This document shows positions 55,038-64,000 of a stretch of DNA of 64,000 nt, in pieces. The notes under the pieces are model-generated. The model saw only the letters and a program-made list of their open reading frames with translations, did not search any database and was not told the origin of the DNA. This DNA comes from Nitrospirales bacterium (lineage in GTDB: Bacteria; Nitrospirota; Nitrospiria; Nitrospirales; UBA8639): the NCBI GenBank assembly GCA_965203295.1, contig CBDBCZ010000012.1:668615-732614 (forward strand), read 5' to 3'. Every line of letters starts with the position of its first letter. Position 1 is the stretch's first letter. The translations under genes and the position numbers were made by a program.

Positions 55038-55434
55038 GTTAGACAGACTTCCTGCTTCATGTCATACTGTCATACCACTTCTGTCATACTTCTGTTCTTG
55101 GTGTAAAAGTTTCTGATTTTTTCCCTTTAACGTAGATGATCACATAGAGTGAAAGGCAACTGTTACTTTAGGTAGAATCTGTCCTTTCTCAGCTCATTTC
55201 TCACGTGCTTTATGGAGAGGCGCGCGCGCTTTGGATACGCGCATACGCACAACTGAATATCCGGCCCAGCCTGAGCGGTATACCTATGCCTAGGGGTACG
55301 CAGACAAGGGCTATAGGCTGTGGTTAGAGCTACCAAATTAGAGGCTAAGCTAGAGTGTACCACAGCACCAGCTCCTACTTATGTCTTACTAGCTCACGCT
55401 CGCCCCCACAATGCCCTGCATTCACCTAGTATCT

Positions 55435-59717
<4,283 letters not shown>

Positions 59718-60696
59718 AACGCTTGCTGAGATGCGATGCAGGATTAGTTGCCTCGCGCTAAGGCGCTCGGCAATAACACAGCCGTGATGTGTCTGTAATA
59801 GTAATATGTTTTCATATTCTCGGACTAAGAATGCGGAAAACAATCTAATCAGTATCCATGCATGTAATGTGTTTACTTAAATAACAACTCTCTAGTCAAT
59901 ATATACATATATATGACAGTTCTATATTTGATGTGTAGAACTTAGGTTAGGCTCAAAAAATTGGTTATGAATACATGTATATTTATTTTTTTACAAAAGT
60001 GCAGTAGCCTTGGCCACCTGCCTGCTGTACCTTCTACAGCCTTGTTTTAAAACTAATATACATGTACTATTTACTCAAGTAAGTTACCGACTGCTTTCAC
60101 TATTGAGCCACTGTTTTACTTCATGAAAGGTGTTGACTAAGGTAAATCATAATGTGTGTATGGGGAAAGATCAACACTGGCGTTTCTACTAGTCCACCAT
60201 TATGATCATGGTTCCCTCTGGGAGAATACTTTATAAAAGCTACACAGCCTGCCCTCCTACAACTGTGATAAACCTAATGAATAATTATTAGTGATATGCA
60301 GGGCATAGTGGGGCGAGCCTTCGCGAAGCATGTGATGACAGAGGAAAAGCGTACATGTACAAATTCTGTGCTGTGATAGATTGAGATAAAAATTTGAGTA
60401 ACTTGAGGAATAGATATATACAAATTTTGAGAATGCTCTGAAGTGCATTCCTGTTATGCTTCGCTAAGAGTGATGAGGTCATCGCCCTCTTGTAGCAGAG
60501 CAGGAGCATCAGTGCCAGCAAGCAGTAATTATAGCTGATGTTAATCTGTCTCCAGCACCTACATTATACACTACGAATGCACACGCGAAATATGCCTCAC
60601 ATGTTTTATTTGCAATGGTGGCAGTTCGTGCAGGGTGAATTGTGGTGCATGGTAGGTGACTTCAGGTTTGTTAATGCATGGAATGAACATGTGTCT

Positions 60697-60730
<34 letters not shown>

Positions 60731-61044
60731 CCTGGGGGAGAGTAGTCGCTAGCCAATGATGCCATTTTTAACACGTGCCTGCCCCCCCAAGGCCCATTCA
60801 TTCATGGATTGTTTTCCGCATTCTTAGTCCGAGAATATGAAAACATATTACCATTACAGACACATCACGGCTGTGTTTTTCATTCTTGAGCTCCCTCTGC
60901 AACTCGGACAGCAAACCCCTTGTTAACATAACAATTCCTTTTTTACAGTGTAGGACAGATAAGGGTTGGGGTAAGGTTAGGGCTGGGGTTAGGGTAAGGG
61001 TAAGGGCAAGGACAGGTTAGGGTTGGGGTAAGGTTAGGCTTCAC

Positions 61045-61797
61045 GTGACCATGCTACAGGGACAGCCCTGTCCTGTGTGCCAGGAGAATAATCTCAATAT
61101 CATGCCTGTTAAATAATTCAAACACAAAGTGAACGAACTCAACATTTGCTGCCCCCTTGGGTGTGAGTGGGTGGGGGAGTTGTGATAGTGGCCTGCACTT
61201 ACTCCTGTGGTGATAATTCCGACGAAGTCAGCTCCAGGGGCACAAGGCAAATGATTGTCCCAACCGTCCTTTCACCTGCTGGTATTGTGACTACAAAGCC
61301 ATGCACCTACATCAGTGTCAGCAGTGAGCACTGGGCTATATGCAAGAAGTAGCCCATGGAGTGTCCAAACAAATGTGGAGAGAGTGTGATTGAGCAGCAA
61401 CACCTCTCAAAACATGAGCCTCAGACGTAAAGAAGTCCCTAGCCCCCATCTTTGTCCCTCCACCTGACATTGTGATGACTGACTTTGAGAAGCACAAGGC
61501 AGCAGGTGACAAGTGGTTCAGTCCTCCCTTCTACTCCCACATTGGAGGGTACAAGATGTGTCTGAGTGTGGATGCTAATGGCTATATGGTGATGGCAAAA
61601 CCACATATGTCTCAGTGTATTATCACCTAGCTACATCGAGGAGAATATGATGACCAGCTGAAGTGGCTGGGGAAATCCATTATTTATACCACATAATAAA
61701 CTCAACACGGAAAACAAAGAGTATCTTAAAAATGACTGCCTCAAGTTCCAAAATATCAGAATTTTTCGTTAAGGTAGCTATCGTTAAGAGTGCCTGA
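61045..61797 (+). pseudogene. Tandem TRAF pseudogene (5'-truncated, internal deletions, frameshifts)
   Basis: Collinear nucleotide blocks with 62494-63712, e.g. gtgacc.gctacagggaca, ttgtccctccacctgacattgtgatgactgactttgagaagcacaag, ctactcccacattggagggtacaagatgtg. Similarity continues into the 3' UTR (~61910). Contains in-frame stops and indels. Confidence 0.9.
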
Positions 61798-62353
61798 TAG
61801 CTACCTAGTGCTGGTAGCTAGTTACTTTTTCTTTTTTTTCACCCTGATACTAGATATCACACTTTTTCTGTAATTTCTGTGTACATTGTGTGTTTTGCTA
61901 TTGTATGCTAGCTGGTCATATTGAATATATGATAGCTGCTGTAGTCTTGTGTAGCTGACGGTTAGACAACTTCATATTCATTTGTTCGATCTCTTCGTGC
62001 TTGTCATGGATGTGAGTGTATGTACCTTGAAGATACTGCTACACACAGAAATTTGGCACTCACATGTATAGCTATAGCTCTGTAAACTTCCCATTACTCA
62101 TGTACTCCTGCTACAGGTATTGTCTATGTATAATAATTATACCATAAACGCCTATATTCAGTGTTTACTATACACTTTTATACACTATGTGTAGGAGTCT
62201 ACGATTCGTGGCCTTGCATGAGTAATTTCATATGCTTCGCTACAGAATACTAGTATCACATGACAGTCAGTACAATAATCGCCACTTAAACTGTAAAGAG
62301 TTGTTTGTTCAGTCTATCAAATAAGTCACTGCTACAGGACTGCTATAAGAGGT

Positions 62354-63712
62354 ATGGCCTCCCTTCCAGCTACTGAGGATGACTATGATTTTGTTGAGAA
62401 GCCATCAGAAGACTTCTACTGCCCAGTCACCTTTGACCTCCTCCGAGAGCCCTTCTTGACAGCATGCTGTGGGAACCACCTCTCTCAAGAGGCTGTGACC
62501 AGGCTACAGGGACAACCCTGTCCTTTGTGCAAGGAGAATAATCTTAATTCTATCCCTGATAAATATTTCAAGCGCAAAGTCAATGAGCTCAAGGTTCGCT
62601 GCCCAAGTAAGAGCCTGGGGTGTGAGTGGGTGGGGGAGTTGGGTAGTGTTGACAGACATCTTAGCCAGAACTCTATTGAGGGAGAGTGCCAGTTTTTGAC
62701 AGTGGCCTGCCCTTACTCCTGTGGGGATAGTTTCCAGCGATGTCAGCTCCAGGGGCACAAGGTGAACGATTGCCTCAGTCGCCCATTTACTTGCCAACAC
62801 TGCAACTACGAAGCTACGTGCACCAAAGTCACCAATGAGCACTGGGCTATGTGCAAGAAATACCCCATGGAGTGCCCAAACAAATGTGGAGAGACTATGA
62901 TTGAGCGACAGCACCTACCAAAACATCTGGAAGAAACCTGCCCCCTGCAAGTGATCAAGTGTGATTTTAGCTGTGCCGACTGCGAAGTTGAGTGCCAGCG
63001 ACAGCACATGCCGACTCACTTAGAGGAGAACTTACAATCCCATCTGAAGAAAGTTTCTCAATGTACCATTACCTTACTAAACAAAACAGAACAGCAACAG
63101 AGTATTATTGAACAGCTCCAAAATAGTATTGAACAACAGCAGAGTGTCATTGATCAACAGCAGAGTTTTATTGGACAACTGCAAAATGTTACTGCTCAGC
63201 AGCAGAAACAGATTGTGGCACTCATGTACTTAAACGTGCAGAAGCCGCTAGTCCCAGTCTTTGTCCCTCCACCTGACATTGTGATGACTGACTTTGAGAA
63301 GCACAAGAAAGCAAGCGACAAGTGGTACAGTCCTCCCTTCTACTCCCACATTGGAGGGTACAAGATGTGTTTGTGTGTTTACGCTAATGGCATTGGTGAT
63401 GGCAAAGACACACATGTTTCAGTGTTTTGTTGCCTAAACCGAGGAGAATATGATGACCAGCTGAAGTGGCCCTTCCGTGGAGACATCATGATACAGCTGT
63501 TGAACCAGAGCAGCGATGAGGGGCATTTGGAGGAGACTGTTACCTTTGATGATATCTATGTTGGCAGTAGAGTGGTGATTATGAAGAGAGACTCAAGCTA
63601 CATAGGCTTTCATTTCATAGCCCATACTGAACTCAACACTGAAAGCAAAGACTATCTCAAAAATGACTGCCTCAATTTCCGAATATTGCAATTTGTCATT
63701 AAGAACACCTGA
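62354..63712 (+). CDS. TNF receptor-associated factor (TRAF)-like protein, single exon, 452 aa: degenerate RING, TRAF Zn fingers, Gln-rich coiled coil, MATH/TRAF-C domain
   Basis: CPVT..CCGNH..CPLC RING-like motif, repeated CP.xC...H...C fingers, and MATH motifs WYSPPFYSHIGGYKMCLCVYANG, RGEYDDQLKWPF, YLKNDCL. Confidence 0.93.
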   Translation: MASLPATEDDYDFVEKPSEDFYCPVTFDLLREPFLTACCGNHLSQEAVTRLQGQPCPLCKENNLNSIPDKYFKRKVNELKVRCPSKSLGCEWVGELGSVDRHLSQNSIEGECQFLTVACPYSCGDSFQRCQLQGHKVNDCLSRPFTCQHCNYEATCTKVTNEHWAMCKKYPMECPNKCGETMIERQHLPKHLEETCPLQVIKCDFSCADCEVECQRQHMPTHLEENLQSHLKKVSQCTITLLNKTEQQQSIIEQLQNSIEQQQSVIDQQQSFIGQLQNVTAQQQKQIVALMYLNVQKPLVPVFVPPPDIVMTDFEKHKKASDKWYSPPFYSHIGGYKMCLCVYANGIGDGKDTHVSVFCCLNRGEYDDQLKWPFRGDIMIQLLNQSSDEGHLEETVTFDDIYVGSRVVIMKRDSSYIGFHFIAHTELNTESKDYLKNDCLNFRILQFVIKNT

Positions 63713-64000
63713 TACCTGATACCTTGTCCTGGTGGTTAGCTTTTTGTTTGTTTGTTTTTGGCTCTTTGGATGTAGTTAATGTGGTTAGCTACCTTCATTA
63801 TCTTTGTACAATGTGTGCAAGACAACTGTGTATTATTAGTTTTGCTAATGTATGCTAGGTGCACGTGAACATCATACATGCAACAAAAAGAAAGGATAGT
63901 GAATTATACAAGTTGTGATTTGATACTGTACCTTGTAACTGTTGATGATGGTAAGTGGTAGCTAAGTCTGTCCTGCTTTCATGTGGCCCACACTGAAGTA

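Larger units (their letters stand above)
52076..55429 (+). mobile_element. Helitron-derived element carrying the N-terminal part of a Rep/helicase gene
   Basis: A|TC at 52076 and CTAG|T at 55426-55430; subterminal inverted GGGGCGAGCGTGAGC / GCTCACGCTCGCCCC. Confidence 0.7.

Overview
Eukaryotic (animal, probably demosponge-like; inferred) genomic DNA. Two intron-rich genes sit head-to-head with ATGs 280 bp apart: a type IV diacylglycerol kinase (DGKZ/DGKI-like, minus strand, 31 exons reconstructed with consistent phases, about 1075 aa, 930-31523) and the spliceosomal factor RBM22 (plus strand, 11 exons, 440 aa, 31804-44348). A Ty3/Gypsy element with identical 132-bp LTRs is inserted 18 nt after the RBM22 stop. 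It is followed by a 9.5-kb nest of transposons (CACTG-ended element, Helitrons/HINEs, CRE-type non-LTR fragment, Harbinger-like MITE, Ulp1 protease remnant), a TRAF pseudogene and an intact single-exon TRAF gene whose RING has lost one zinc site. The most unusual signals are: (i) a direct-repeat element whose 219-bp repeats each carry a tRNA-Thr(AGT)-like Pol III unit; (ii) three separate tandem amplifications of real exon-intron junctions; (iii) a size series of TAG...CTA elements with 9-bp TSDs shrinking to 20 bp and possibly 6 bp; (iv) recurrent TA->TAGCTA insertions and pervasive TACATGTA motifs that look like transposon excision footprints. All coordinates were derived by hand; no database searches were run.
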